A stretch of DNA of 64,000 nt from Octopus sinensis (lineage: Eukaryota): the NCBI RefSeq assembly GCF_006345805.1, contig NC_043001.1, positions 66,526,001 to 66,590,000 of the forward strand, in the 5' to 3' direction. Position numbers and translations under genes: made by a program. Positions 24,721-37,599 of this stretch are shown one piece after another (position 1 is the first letter of the stretch; each line of letters opens with the position of its first letter). The notes beneath the pieces are model-generated. The model was not told the origin of the DNA and searched no databases. It saw nothing but the letters and a program-made list of their open reading frames with translations.

Positions 24721-25474
24721 GGATCTTTTCCTTTTGAACGGCACTTTTCAACACAATTTCTAGTTAACTAAACACTTTTATAATTCATATACTGGTAGAA
24801 TGTGTCAAAATAAAACATTTTTTCTCTTGGCTTTCTTGAGAAAATTGTAATTTGTTTGTTTAACGTAGTTTAATTTTTCGAATTTTAACCAATCCTATGC
24901 CCTCTATTTAGCTAAAATCATTTGCTGCGTCTAAAACTGAGACAAAATCCTGTCACTAACACTAACTCTAACCCTAACCCTAACCCTAAATTTTAGCCTT
25001 TCGGTTTTTTTTCTGAATTGTTAAATTAATTTAATTGTTACGCGTGTATCTAAAATTATTCGTTTTGTTTTTGTTTTGAGTTTTTGCTTTCGTTTTTTTT
25101 TCTTGATTGTTAAATTAAAATTATTTTCCATTGCTTTCGGTTTTTTTTCTTACTTGTTATCCTTAAATTAATTTAACAATTAAGGAAAAAAAAAAAGAAA
25201 GGCTAAAATTTAGGGTTAGGGTGAGGATTAGGGTTAGTGACAGGATGTTGTCTCAGTTTTAGACGCAGCAAATGATTTTAGCTCAATAGAGGGCATAGGA
25301 TTGGTTAAAATTCGAAAAATTAAACTACGTTAAACAAACAAATTACAATTTTCTCAAGAAAGCCAAGAGAAAAAAAATGTTTTATTTTGACACATTCTAC
25401 CAGTATACGAAGTTTAAAAGTGTTTAGTTAACTAGAAATTATGTTACAAAGTGCCGTTCAAAAGGAAAAGATCC
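24721..25474. mobile_element. MITE with TIRs of about 280 bp, probably Merlin superfamily
   Basis: TIRs 24721-25002 and 25197-25474 with GGATCT...AGATCC termini. 8-bp TSD ttttccgt (24713-24720) / tttaccgt (25475-25482), 7/8 match. (TAACCC)n/(TTAGGG)n near the inner TIR ends. Confidence 0.85.
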
Positions 25475-25823
25475 TTTACCGTCATTACAGAGATACTTAT
25501 GCGGATGGACTGAGTCACCAAAATATATTTTATATATTCAGAAAATGGAATATCACATATAAACATGTGTTTTTAATATATGTTTATTGTTTCTTTTAGC
25601 ATAATTACATGAAATATTCATTTCATTATACCCCTTACTGAAATTGTCATTTTTTTTTTTTGAGATCGAGAAAGTGAGAAGGAGAGAAAGATCGTGACTC
25701 TTGTGAATTAATCCTCTTTTTGGATAAATTGAAAGGGAAAAAGACAATGTCAGAAGAGAAAAATTGAGAGGAAAGAAAGCGATGGCACATTTACAGGGGA
25801 AATCTAAATGTACTTGTATCATT

Positions 25824-25826
<3 letters not shown>

Positions 25827-25895
<69 letters not shown>
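25827..25895. repeat. (GA)n microsatellite
   Basis: Perfect GA repeat close to the putative promoter region. Confidence 0.97.
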
Positions 25896-25898
<3 letters not shown>

Positions 25899-26693
25899 GT
25901 GTGTGTATTTATACAGACTTTGTTTGGGGCTTCTATGCTAAATCATGACATCAAGATGACCGGCTTTTCTTCCTACTTTCCGCTTGTCTTACTTTAGAAC
26001 AAAAGGTTTGATTTACATTTGAGTTTTTGTCAAGTGATCAATTTACCTATTTAGTTATGATAGCTAACAGTGAAGTAGGGAGAGAGAGAGAGAGTGAGAT
26101 TTCATTCATCGTTACTTTCTCTAATGAACTGATGAGATGTGGAAGGTGAGGCGGAGCTGATGATAATAGACTGAGAAGTCGTTTCCTCGATAATGGATGG
26201 AATAAAAGAGCTGAGTCTCGGATAACCATAATGGGAGCTGTTTGGAAGTTGAAGTTCAGGAGAAAATACTGGGGTATTAATATCACTAGTAAGGCTTGGA
26301 ATATAGTGATCACGGTAGCAGGTAGAGGAGGAGGACTCTAGTAATTATAAGCAAGTTCGGATAAGTTATATACAATCTATTTCTAGTAAACTCTATGACT
26401 TGTCTTTTTTACCGCGCAACGAGCGCGCACACGTGTTTGTGTGTGTTTATGTATGTATAAGCAAATACTAAATTTGAACGTGGCAACATTTTTATCCCTA
26501 CTCCACTCTTTCTATATCGACTAATTCAGGCGAGGTGCTTTATCAGTGACAGTGAAGGGGTTTTCTTTCATTTCTACGCCTCTAAAGTGGAACAAACAGA
26601 GTTTTAAAAAAAAATCATAACTTAATTCGAGATGGAAGGAGAAGTGAAAAGAGAAGCAGCCAGTTAGAGTGGTGTCTGTTCTGTCTGGCTTAC

Positions 26694-26763
26694 TCTTTCC
26701 TTTCTTCTCCAACACCGTCAAAACGGCACTGGACATTGAAAACTTTTAGAAACTGACTCATCG
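26694..26763 (-). other. Candidate first or early exon of a minus-strand host gene
   Basis: Minus strand: ...ctgcagcgATGAGTCAG...GAAAGGAAAGA|gtaagc. Open peptide MSQFLKVFNVQCRFDGVGEERK, non-repetitive CpG-richer context. No homolog recognised. Confidence 0.35.
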
Positions 26764-27180
26764 CTGCAGTCGGTGGGGCGACAAGGTAGAGAGGAATATT
26801 GCTGCTGTCTCAACTTATTCTTTGTGTCTGGCAAAATAATACTAACAAAAGTTGACGGAAGACAAGTGCTATATAAATGAATAGTGGGAAAGAAATAAAC
26901 ATATATTTCTATGTTTAATAAACCAAGGAAGAGAAAATAAGCAAAAAAAAAAAAATTGGCAAAATTCGCAATTTAAAAGCTTGCCTATTTTTGAAGCTGA
27001 AAATTTTAAATAATTGTATCACATTAAAATAAACACAATGTTTGAATTAAATCAGATAATTTAATAAACACTTTGTTATTGATTTTAAAGTATTAAATTT
27101 TCAAAACGTCTTTCAAGGCTAGATTAATTATAATGTACATAAAGAAAGCAATTTATTAATTACTGAACAAAGAAACACTG
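26764..27180. promoter_or_regulatory. Putative bidirectional promoter region
   Basis: Lies between a minus-strand donor (26693) and a strong plus-strand donor (27256). TE-poor with raised CpG in the flanks. Confidence 0.35.
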
Positions 27181-27255
27181 TTCACGTTCCACGTTTTCCA
27201 TGAACCTATGGATACTGTTTACACGGAGCTTACTGTGCTGGTCGCCGCCTGAAAG
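27180..27255 (+). other. Candidate first exon of a plus-strand host gene
   Basis: Consensus donor AAG|GTAAGT at 27255/27256. Optional ATG at 27200 gives MNLWILFTRSLLCWSPPE. Start coordinate approximate. Confidence 0.45.
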
Positions 27256-29835
27256 GTAAGTGAGCGGCATTTTTTGAAATTATTATCCGTGATTAATGCC
27301 TGTTTTTTTAAATAGCCGGGTGCTAGACTAACCCTATTACGTTGCTGGTTCCATTCATCTGTGATGATATTGCCATGCTACCGTTTTTCAGCTTGTCCCC
27401 TTCTCGGTCTTTGAGACAGAGAAATCAGAAATCAGCGTGTTTCCTCTTTTTTTCAAACATCAAACATACCACCAAATACAAAAACCATTGTTATTAAATT
27501 CTTCGTCTAGTAATCGATTTAATGATAATAATTCTGTTGATTACTCTAGATTCCTCCACTTCTTTTTCTCCCTACCATTGCATTTAATATTCATCTTTCA
27601 TTCCGTATTATTTGCCTCATTAAGTATTAATCTTTTAGTGAAAAGTGAATTACATTCGCTAAAAGTATTTGTGAGACGATGTTAAAGTCAAGTGAAATGT
27701 GACACACACGGAACCATTCATTCTATGAGAGATGACATCACAATACAAGAAAATGTTTAAACTGCCAGGAACAAAAAAGTCAACATTATAATTCTATTTA
27801 ATATATGTTATCATCTGATTCCTTAAAATAAAAATAATTTGAATTTCTATTTAGTCTTTCGCTGTAAATTCAGTAGTCAGCTGGAACTTCGATTATTTAG
27901 CCATTTCCTTCTGCACCTTCCTATCAACGACACGTTTATTTTAATTGGTTACGAAATAATATTCTTAATGTTTTAGGGATCAGTCTTAAGTTACTGGAAA
28001 TTGATAATGGAATAGAATTGTTTTACGATAAAATAATGCTATTATATCTTCTATATTTTAAAATCAATATTTAAAATTCTTCATTCAAATATTGATTTCT
28101 CTTAAATGGACAAAATACTAATCATTTTTTAGGGTAGCACTGTATCTGCTTGAATGAACATTTGTATAGTATCGCGACTTCTTTTGGAATGTGAACATAA
28201 TTGGTCTCGTTTTAGATTTGATCTCAGAACCAGCAGTTATCGAAATATATTACCATAAACTATTTATGTACAGCCTTCTCCACTTTAATTCTTTGAAATA
28301 ACATTATCATTGCTTATATCAATCATTCATCAGCTTGACCAAGAATCCTGTTATCCGGGTTACCATCCCTACCGCCGGGCACCTTACTTCCTACTTTGGA
28401 CGTCCCTAGACCTTTTCCCTGTACCCTATTGCTGTATTAATAGTAGTTGTGTGTGTGTGTGTGTGTGCGCACACACACACATTGTTTAAAGCATTTATTA
28501 TTAAACCCTTCCGCCTATGTAAATGTACATTAATCAGACCGATAATTCCTGTAACTGCTATAACAATCCTTTCTTTTACCAAACAGATTATTTTCTCTTC
28601 ATTGCCACAATCAGTCTTTACAGCATCGATCTTTTATTCAACAACATTTTTTCTTTATCGTTCTAACCTTGATTTATTCAAGATGCGAAAGGAGAAATTA
28701 AAACAATATTATTAATTCTCATTCTATTCAATGATTTTAAAACAAAATAATTCGGGAATTACTTTAAAAAAAAAATTCTATAATTTTTCTTGAAAAAAAT
28801 TGAAGAACAAAACGTTTTGATGATTCTAAGTTCCTAAGGGAATAGGGATTACGGCTTTATACTTTTGTCTAATGTTCTACCGTTGTTATCAGTAGATTAA
28901 ATATGCTTTAACTTCAGTTTTATATTTATTTATTCCCAATTTATGAATAATTTTTACTATCAGAAAATATGAAAAGACATTGCTAGCGAACCGTGAAAGC
29001 TAGTACCAATTCGATTGGCATACCATCCATGGTGATCAACTCGATCTACTTTTAATCTATAAAGTAAACCCTAATTGATTTCTTTATCCAAGTCTTCACA
29101 TCTATTTTGGTGATTATATTTACTCATCATTTTGATAAATACATGCCTAGTCCTTACTCTTCTTGAGATTCTTGTTGCCTTTCTTATCAGAAGGCACCCA
29201 ACATACATTCTACTCTGCCTTTAAATAGGGCACAGCTTGTAATTGATATTTCTCTCTTTTTAAAAAAAATATTTTATCGGGCTTCACGACTAACTATTCT
29301 AACATTGAACTACCAACCAGTGATTCAGGGACAGGATTTTCTTCCTGCAAGTCTTGAAATTACTTCAGGTAAAATGAATACTTAAAAATCCTTGTTAAGA
29401 ACTTAAGAAACAGTCATCTCATAATTTCTTTCATGTGTTATTGGTAATTGTGGAAAATAAGTTGTTCAGCTCTTGGTCAGCCCCGATCCAGTAGACTAAT
29501 GAACTGCCAGCCGCGATCATCTCGTCATTTAAAGGCTATCTAGGACTACGTTATCCGGTATATAGTACCTTATATAAGACGGTCGGGTATGATTTGAGGA
29601 AGATGCTGTTTCTACTGGTAGTGCGATCACATACAGAACAAACTCCTCAACTCGTAAAACAATCGTTGCATATATCAAGTAGCTGTCGTAGTTATGTCAT
29701 TTGACCGGGAATTAATCATGGGTTTGTGTCTACTGTCTGTTTACACACCGCCCTCCTCTTCTCTGTTTATCTATCTGTCTGTCAAGATAGGTAGATAGAC
29801 ATGTACAGATAAATATATAAACAGATAGATGCGTG

Positions 29836-29889
<54 letters not shown>

Positions 29890-29973
29890 TAATTATTATT
29901 TGAGGGAATATTATATATATATAATACATATATAATATATATATATAATACATATATAATATATATGTGTGTG

Positions 29974-30006
<33 letters not shown>

Positions 30007-30019
30007 GTATGTGTATTGT

Positions 30020-30285
30020 GCAGTACAGACATGTACAAATAGTTGGCATTCTGCCCTCCCCCCGTCACTCTCTTGTTGACACACACCAGCTGTTGTCAGC
30101 TCTGTGTCTCTGTCATTGCCCTCCATACTGTTTCGTGTTTATTCTTTTTTACAATACTCACTACCACCACCCGCCAGTAGCACCTCAACTACCACTACTA
30201 CAACTGTCATTAAAGTCGGAAGGATTTTGTTTACCTGTTGTTTACCTCGTGTCACCTGGTTGTTCTTGTCTGTAATTGATTGTAG
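30020..30285 (+). other. Candidate alternative first (5' UTR) exon
   Basis: Unique, C-rich segment ending in consensus donor TAG|GTGAGT at 30285/30286. Start unknown. Confidence 0.35.
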
Positions 30286-31243
30286 GTGAGTATGTGTTGA
30301 TTTAGGATTTAAGAGACTACACAACATTTAGACTAAGTCATTGCTCCTTCTTTTCTCAGTTTATAGCAGAACTGAAATATTTGGCTTCGTTTCATCCCCT
30401 GACAAATTATTGTTGTTAAAGTAAAGTTAGGGAAATATATTCGATACACTATCAGAATAATTGTATTTCGGGAAATGGCCTTTCTTCCTCTTCTATTACC
30501 ATCACCACCAACAAATTGAACTTTGATCAATTATAACTCTCACATATCTCTAAATAAATGTGGTTGCCCATCCTGTTGGAAATAGCAACCAAATATATCT
30601 CTCTAATTACTCCTTATTGTTTGAAAACAGTGAAGTACTAGATTTTCAAAGCAAGTAGGGATGGTCATGGTTGAGACGGTTTTCATCCTTGAACTAAACA
30701 ACAGAGTTGACAAAAAAGTTTTGGCGAAGTTCTGGTTTTTTTCTTTCTTTCATTCCTAGTTTTTCTGTTTCATAGATTCAGAAAGAATCCGCCCTCCCTC
30801 CACAAAACCGTGCAATTTTCTTTCCTGGTTGTGATGGCTATTTCAAAACTCCGTCGGAATTTTATTTATATTCTCAATAATTCCACGTAAAATAATCCTT
30901 TGTTATTTAACAGAAGATAGTCAATACTTGGCAATACTTTAATATAACCCCGCCGAAGTTTCATCTTTCCGGGCTCTATAAGAACTAGTCAAATGTTAGA
31001 GATCAGTATAATAAATAGTAGTTCCCTCCCCCAACCAAATTTCTGGCAATGTATCACTGTAATAATTCCTTATTATTGTTATCATCACACATTCTCAATC
31101 TTTTTTTACTCCGGGTAGTTATAAACAAAGAAACCAAGCGATATTTTCCCAGTTCATTATTTGAACTGTCATATTATACCGTAACCAGGAATACATACTG
31201 CTCGACACTTTAAAAATAGTTACGTACACACACATCGTGTATG

Positions 31244-31277
<34 letters not shown>

Positions 31278-33595
31278 TAGATACATACAGATATATATGC
31301 ATACACACATACATATATGTGTATACACGCACATTATATATATATATATATATATATAACGGGAAGCTTTATGAAAATTGACAAAAGACGAAGGCAGGTT
31401 TACGGAAATAAACAAAAGACGAAGGCAGGTGGAATACAAACAAACAATTGTATTAGTATGGCGCTCAGGAAATATAAATAATGTGTGTATGTGTGTGAGT
31501 ATGTATATATATATATGTGTATGTTTGTACACACAAATTGTGAGAGACGACTGTGAAATGTTTTAAGGTTTACACTTGGCAGTCAAACTTTACTCTTTTA
31601 CTAATTTTATGGCATGAAGATAACAATATTGTATAAAGTAGATCAGTTCGCTATTCTTATTGCCATTGACGCAGGTAGACAGGTAGGTAGAAAGACATAT
31701 AGACAATTAGAGAAACATGTAAAAAGATATAATAAATAGACATGTAGAGAGACCGGTGGTCTTTTATCGAACTGGTTAAATTTGAGTCAATATTTTGTCT
31801 ATAGATTATTACTTCTTCCTTCATATGTGTGAGTGTGCGCGACACACTTATGAGTTGGTGATGCACCACGTTGCAGGTTAATTCAGCTCGTTTTACTCTC
31901 ACACACACACACACACACACATACAGATATATATCACATGTTTATGTTTCGTTTCATACATGCCCACGTCCTTCTCTCTTTCATTTGAAATTCCAACTAA
32001 GACTGTGCAAATGATTAGATGTTCCAATCGATATTTTAAGATTTTTTTTTTTGGCGTTGTTGTTTTTATTAATCCAGACAACTTGTCCTGTCTCCCTGTT
32101 CGCCTTTTCGTAGATTGCAATTAAATCTTTATTTGATATAAAAACAGATCCTTTTAAGATTGGGAAGACCCCATTGATAGTTTATTTTTAATTTTTACTA
32201 GGTATTGTAAAGGGTTATATTGTATAAAACCCTGGATTTCTGTGAAACACTAGTGGTGTTTGACAGTAAAATTTAACGAAATGTCTGCTGTCATTTCCTT
32301 TTCATTATCTATCGGTGTTTTCAGAGCTGTATGTATGGTTATTCTTGTCACTTTACCGAGGAGTATGTCTTTGGATTCGTTTGATCCACATTTCGTCTGT
32401 TAATTCCTCATCAGACCTTTATATTTAAAACTTGACAAGAGAGCTTCTACGTGGTCGCTTCACCTTCTAGAGACGGTAGCTAAGTATTCTTTAAATCACA
32501 TTCAAAAATGAAAAATATCGAGGACACATTGATACGTGTGTGCCAAGGTATAAAAAAGGCAGGGTGGTCATAGATGGAATGCTTTCAATCATGTATCAGT
32601 TTGATGACTGATATGGGGCTATACAACAAAAGCCGTAGTTAGAGACTTAGAATTTATTGTAATGACAAAATTTGAAGGCATTGCAAGTGAGAGGTTTCAG
32701 CTGGCTCAGTCAACCGGAAAGCCGAAGACAAACGGCGGGAAATAAACAGAATTGAAGTCTAGTCTAATGTTCTTCCACTTACAATCACAAATCTTTCTTC
32801 AAGGCGGTGCTCCAGCATTGTCACAGTCCGGTTACAGAAACAAGTGAAATAAAATAAAGCTAACGCGATAGCCCTTACATGGTTTATTGATCTGTTAAAT
32901 TTAGCAACCGAATGTCTCCTCTAAGTACATCCTGTTTTTTTAAAAAAGGAAGGACATACTGGATTACATGTTACTGAAAAAAAAAAAAATGATATTCCCA
33001 GCTGGAATATCTCATTATAAGGTTTGCTCTATCAGGGCTTGACCTAGAGCTAAGAAACAACAACAAAACATTTTTAAAACTGAAGAATGTTTATTAAACT
33101 TGTTCCGGTCATTAACTGATCAAGCGTGAAGTAGGGAGCTAAAACGTACAGACAAGTGGAGTTATGGGCTTGAAGTAATATTTGAATTTACTATAATAAG
33201 TTTCGAATATAAGCACAAGGTATGAAATTTAGGGAAGGGGTCTTGTTGATAACATTGACCAAAATGCTCAACTGGAACTTTTTTTTTATCTACCCCAGAA
33301 GGATGAAATGCAAAGTCGAGCTTAGCAGTATTTGAGCTCACAATATAAAGAGCTAGAAGAAATGCAGCTAAGCATTTTGTCTTATACACCAACAATTCTG
33401 CCAGCTTGGATAATAAACATAATAGCAATGAGTAATAATAATGAGCTTATTGTAAATAGTTCAGATGTACTACAGCTAATCAAAATAGGTAACAGAAAGC
33501 AGTAGTTACCTGCTTTATAAGATCATAACTGAAACATGATGTCTTTGTACCATTTTACTTGTATCATTATCGACATTTTTTTTCTTCTTTTGAAG

Positions 33596-33635
33596 TTTCA
33601 TGGCATGGCAAAAAGCCCTTTAGTCATAGCAGCAG
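33596..33635 (+). other. Candidate 40-nt internal exon with possible start codon
   Basis: Strong acceptor tttttttcttcttttgaag| and donor CAG|GTAATA. Encodes MAKSPLVIAA with a phase-1 end. Confidence 0.3.
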
Positions 33636-34972
33636 GTAATATCAGTGGTGTGACATGTGGCCAAAGTGGTGGTTGCTCTTGGTGCAAAAAATTAAAACAA
33701 AAACAAGTTACGAAACAAAAATAGCATGCCCTCCCTGCAATGTCTTCCTTGACTATGGCTCTAATAACCCACACAATGGCACGAGTGGGTATAATTGTTT
33801 TAATATTGGTTATTGGTTCAAATTGAACTTTATTTTCATGTTTGAAGTGTGAAGCTATGCTAGTGTCCTCTTTAGACTTTCTAGGCTCTCTTAGCTTAGT
33901 CCAAGAAAGAAATATTGTGTCATGGTCTTTACAGGGTTTCCCAGTCTGAAGGATAGAAAGAGCTCAGTATAGTTGATACTTGATGCTTGACTTTTCTTCT
34001 ATAGTTTCATTAGCAATGGGAATGGGCACTTAATGTGTGTGTGGTTGCTGATATTTCTAAGATTGCCATCAGTGTCATTTTTATCACTATCTTTATTGTC
34101 TTTATTGCTATGCCCTCTGTATCCTTATTGCTTTTAATATTGTATATTAATAATTTTTATTCTTTTCTTCACTCCTTCATATATAAGCAAGTCTATATAG
34201 CTCTCCCACATATGTATAACAGCAAGGTTTGGTAAATGTCTGATGAAGGTGCCACTTAGCACCTTCGACCATAAATAAATTAATATAATTCTTATGTAAT
34301 TTATTGCACATAATCTTCTACAAGGGGATACTGACAATTTCCTGGTTTTGGATGAAAGGAGAGTCAGTTAATTATGATTTTATTCAACATATTCCCCTTT
34401 CAGATTCACACACTTCTTGCAGCAGTCCTTCAGTTTTTATAAGTACTGTCAATGAACTTGGATGGCTGGGCCTCCAACTGGGTCTTTTGTGATACCCTTA
34501 AAGCCAGGAACTTTTCAGCACCTCCTTGTGTATGTAATGTGGTTTGAAATAGAATGGTACTAAAACAATTGTAATCAGTATTAAACTAATGCTTTATCGA
34601 TAGCTTCATCTTTGTCTTTATATATAGTGACAGTAAGAAAGAATTGGGTAATGCTTAACATGGAGTTTGGTGGTTGGTGAGGCTGTTGTATATGTGGGTT
34701 TCTGTTTTATATGTATACTGTATGAAGATATGTGTGTGTGTGTATATATATATTTAATTAGAGGGTATGCTAACCTCATGAAGGGATGGTTGCATTCAAG
34801 GAAATACTGGTTCAATACCTAGTATTGTTGGGGAATGAAATTCCCTAAAAACAATAGGTACATATTAAGCATATAGTTTATATCCAGTTAAAAGAAGAAA
34901 GGAAAATGGAGATAAGGAAGTTAATTATTTGAAGATGACCAATTTGTTAATAATAAATAATTAACTTTTTAA

Positions 34973-35011
<39 letters not shown>

Positions 35012-35907
35012 GAGAGAGAGAGAGAGAGAATTTGTGTCTGCATATACCATCTTTAGATATGTGTCTATATTTAATTAATTTTCAATAGCTTCTAAACAAC
35101 GTACACTTGTTATTCCATAAACTTAATAGGTAAACCAGAATTACAAATTGCTCAATAAATATTAGAAAATATAAGAAAAATGATAAAGAACTATAAAACA
35201 TGTCAGTAATTAAAATTATATAGATGTTGTTGTGGTAGAGAATAAAATAATGGGAAATGACTAAACTATAAACCATTATTTTATGATTTAATATGTTGTG
35301 AAATATTCCCAATATACAGCTGAAGTTGAGAGGAAATATTATGTGTGAGTGTGTGTATGTGTGGGTGTGCAGTTAATGAGTTATACTGTTCTTAAAAAGT
35401 GTCTTAAATGGTGAATTTCTTCTTTGGTTTTATGTTTCTTGTCACTTAATTTGTTTGTGGGATAGTGACATCAAACTTTCGACCCCTTTGACTGATGATG
35501 GCAAGTAAGCCAAAACCTTGGGGTTTTCTTTATAAAAATGAATAAATATGGTATTCTACTAAAAACTATTGAGTGATCCTTCAACTATTTGTATATACGA
35601 CTTTATATAAAACTAACTTTATATGTATATGTATGTATTTATAGATAGATATACATACATACATACTTCTTTCACTTTCTGTAAACCCACTCACAAGGCT
35701 TTGGTTGAACTGAAACTAGTAGAAGACACCCATGTGCCATTCAGTGGGACTGAACCTGAGACCACATGGTTGCTAAGCAAGATTCTCAACCACAGTGCTA
35801 TGCTTGCACCCCTCCCTCACACATCTTTATTTGTGTTTTAGTTTCATGCTAAGAAAAATATCTTAATATCTTAATTTTTCAAGCCAATCACATATATATG
35901 TGTGTGT

Positions 35908-35959
<52 letters not shown>

Positions 35960-35980
<21 letters not shown>

Positions 35981-37500
35981 CTTTATTTAAAAGCAGCAGA
36001 AATATAACAAAAGCTGTTACTCAGAGTTTCACATTCCTGTTCGTCGGACAGTTTTGTTCAAATGGAACAGAAATAATATAACAATTAAATGAGTGTAAAA
36101 TAAAATAAAATGAAATAAAATTTTAAACATGAAAATAATATATTATTTTTAGATAAAGCATCACCTTACAGACACGGTGCGCATAAAAGACCCATCAAAT
36201 GTAATTTATGTCTTGTGGAAAAATTTTATATTTTATTCCTGGACAATAGTGCTTTAAATCAAAGACACAAAGTCTTGAATTCCTGCAGACACGCAACAAA
36301 ATTTAAAATGTCAACTGACAAAATACCATATGGATAGTATATATTTTTTGAATCTTGAACTAGTTTTCAATCCCACTATTGAATTTATATTTTGTAATGC
36401 ATGGTTATTTCACATTGCAAAGATATTGTATACATTTTGATGTCTTTCTTAAGAAAACCTTCGACTGTTATTTATATATATATATATTTATTATTTTCAA
36501 GTTTAAGATTTTTTATTTTATTTTATTGTATTTTACAAACCCATTTAATCGTTATATTTATAGATAATTTGATATATGGTGTTCTATTTTGCAGGTCTTT
36601 TATCCGATTTTTATTATTATACACTCAGCAATTTAAAAAACAAATGCTTGTTTATATACGTAAGGACTTAGATTAGATATGTTTTATGTGGATGTCTGTA
36701 TTGTAGGCATGCATATGTATTTGTATATGTGTAAGTAAGTTTATACTTATACACATATGTACACAAATGAATATGTATGCATGTATACAATTGTATTTGT
36801 ATGGATATGTATTTATGTACATATTTCCATATATTTATGTACGTGATTTTATATGTGTATTTATATGCTAATATATACTTATGTGTATATATATATATAT
36901 ATAATTTTATTTTATGTATACCTTTGTTACATGTATTTCCTATCTCTTTTTCTTTCCTTACACAAAGTATCCTTTCTCTCCCTATTCGTTATTTTGATAG
37001 CGTCCTTAAACCATGCGTTCCTCTTCTCCCTCCCCCCTTAGTTCCCTCTTTCTTTTGCTAGCTCTTACGTTTAGGGTTCTTCTTTTCTTTTTCTTTTCCC
37101 CTTCCTACATTTAAGATATACTTCCTGTCTCTTATAACTGACTTCTATATGTATACACCAAGAGATTTTTGTGCGCATGCATAGTTGCGTGCATGTGTAT
37201 TTGTGTGTACATTTATGTTTTACATATATATGCCTGTATCTGTATGTAACTGTGCATGCATCTGTGTATTTTGATGTATATATATATTTTATAGATGGTC
37301 TAGTATGGGTATATACTGTTGTAAAATATTTATGTAATGCAGCGTGAAAATTTTAATGTATTGACTTATATTTTGTATATAATTATTAACAATATGTATT
37401 TTGAATCTACTCTTCGATTTAAGGTTTTCTTCGATTTTACAATAGGATGAATTTATATTGAATTAATTTATTTTGTTTATCGCATGCTTAAGACCGTTAA
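35960..37500 (+). mobile_element. Penelope-like element remnant with inverted terminal segment
   Basis: Plus-strand C-terminus CNLCLVEKFYILF..ALNQR..VLNSCRHATKFKMSTDKIPYG* (about 36197-36337). T-rich tail 36485-36560 has an inverted counterpart at 36070-36150. Right boundary uncertain. Confidence 0.72.
36009..36056 (-). ncRNA. Minimal type I hammerhead ribozyme motif (variant core CCGACGA)
   Basis: Minus strand: caaaa-ctgt CCGACGA aca-ggaa-tgt GAA actc-t-gagt A acag-c-ttttg, giving stem I, core, stem II, GAAA, palindromic stem III and a GUA cleavage triplet. Confidence 0.7.
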
Positions 37501-37599
37501 CTGAAAGGACCAATGAAATAAATCCATTTTTAAAGGTGTATCCTTTAACTAAATTTGATTATATCATTATTTCTCCTATACAATTGGCCTGTACCTTGG

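Noticed and set aside
24968-25236. Telomere remnant or chromosome fusion site
   Set aside because: Only 2-4 hexamers per side, symmetric within the TIRs of a MITE that has a TSD.
26047-26340. Two open minus-strand frames as a coding exon
   Set aside because: The peptides are low-information and unrecognised; the segment could equally be UTR. It is kept only as part of the promoter finding.
32365-32420. Hammerhead-like CTGATGA...GAAA on the minus strand
   Set aside because: Stem II has one pair and stem I does not form, although stem III is plausible; this is insufficient.
33598-33966. Stop-free minus-strand frame of about 120 codons
   Set aside because: It has no start or convincing splice sites and no recognisable domain; only weak, unconvincing resemblance to integrase-like proteins.
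34238-34270. CTGATGA followed by the hairpin aaggtgc/gcacctt
   Set aside because: No GAAA box follows stem II.
36595-36659. Well-formed AG/GT exon candidate
   Set aside because: It lies within the Penelope-like remnant, so it is not reported as a host exon.
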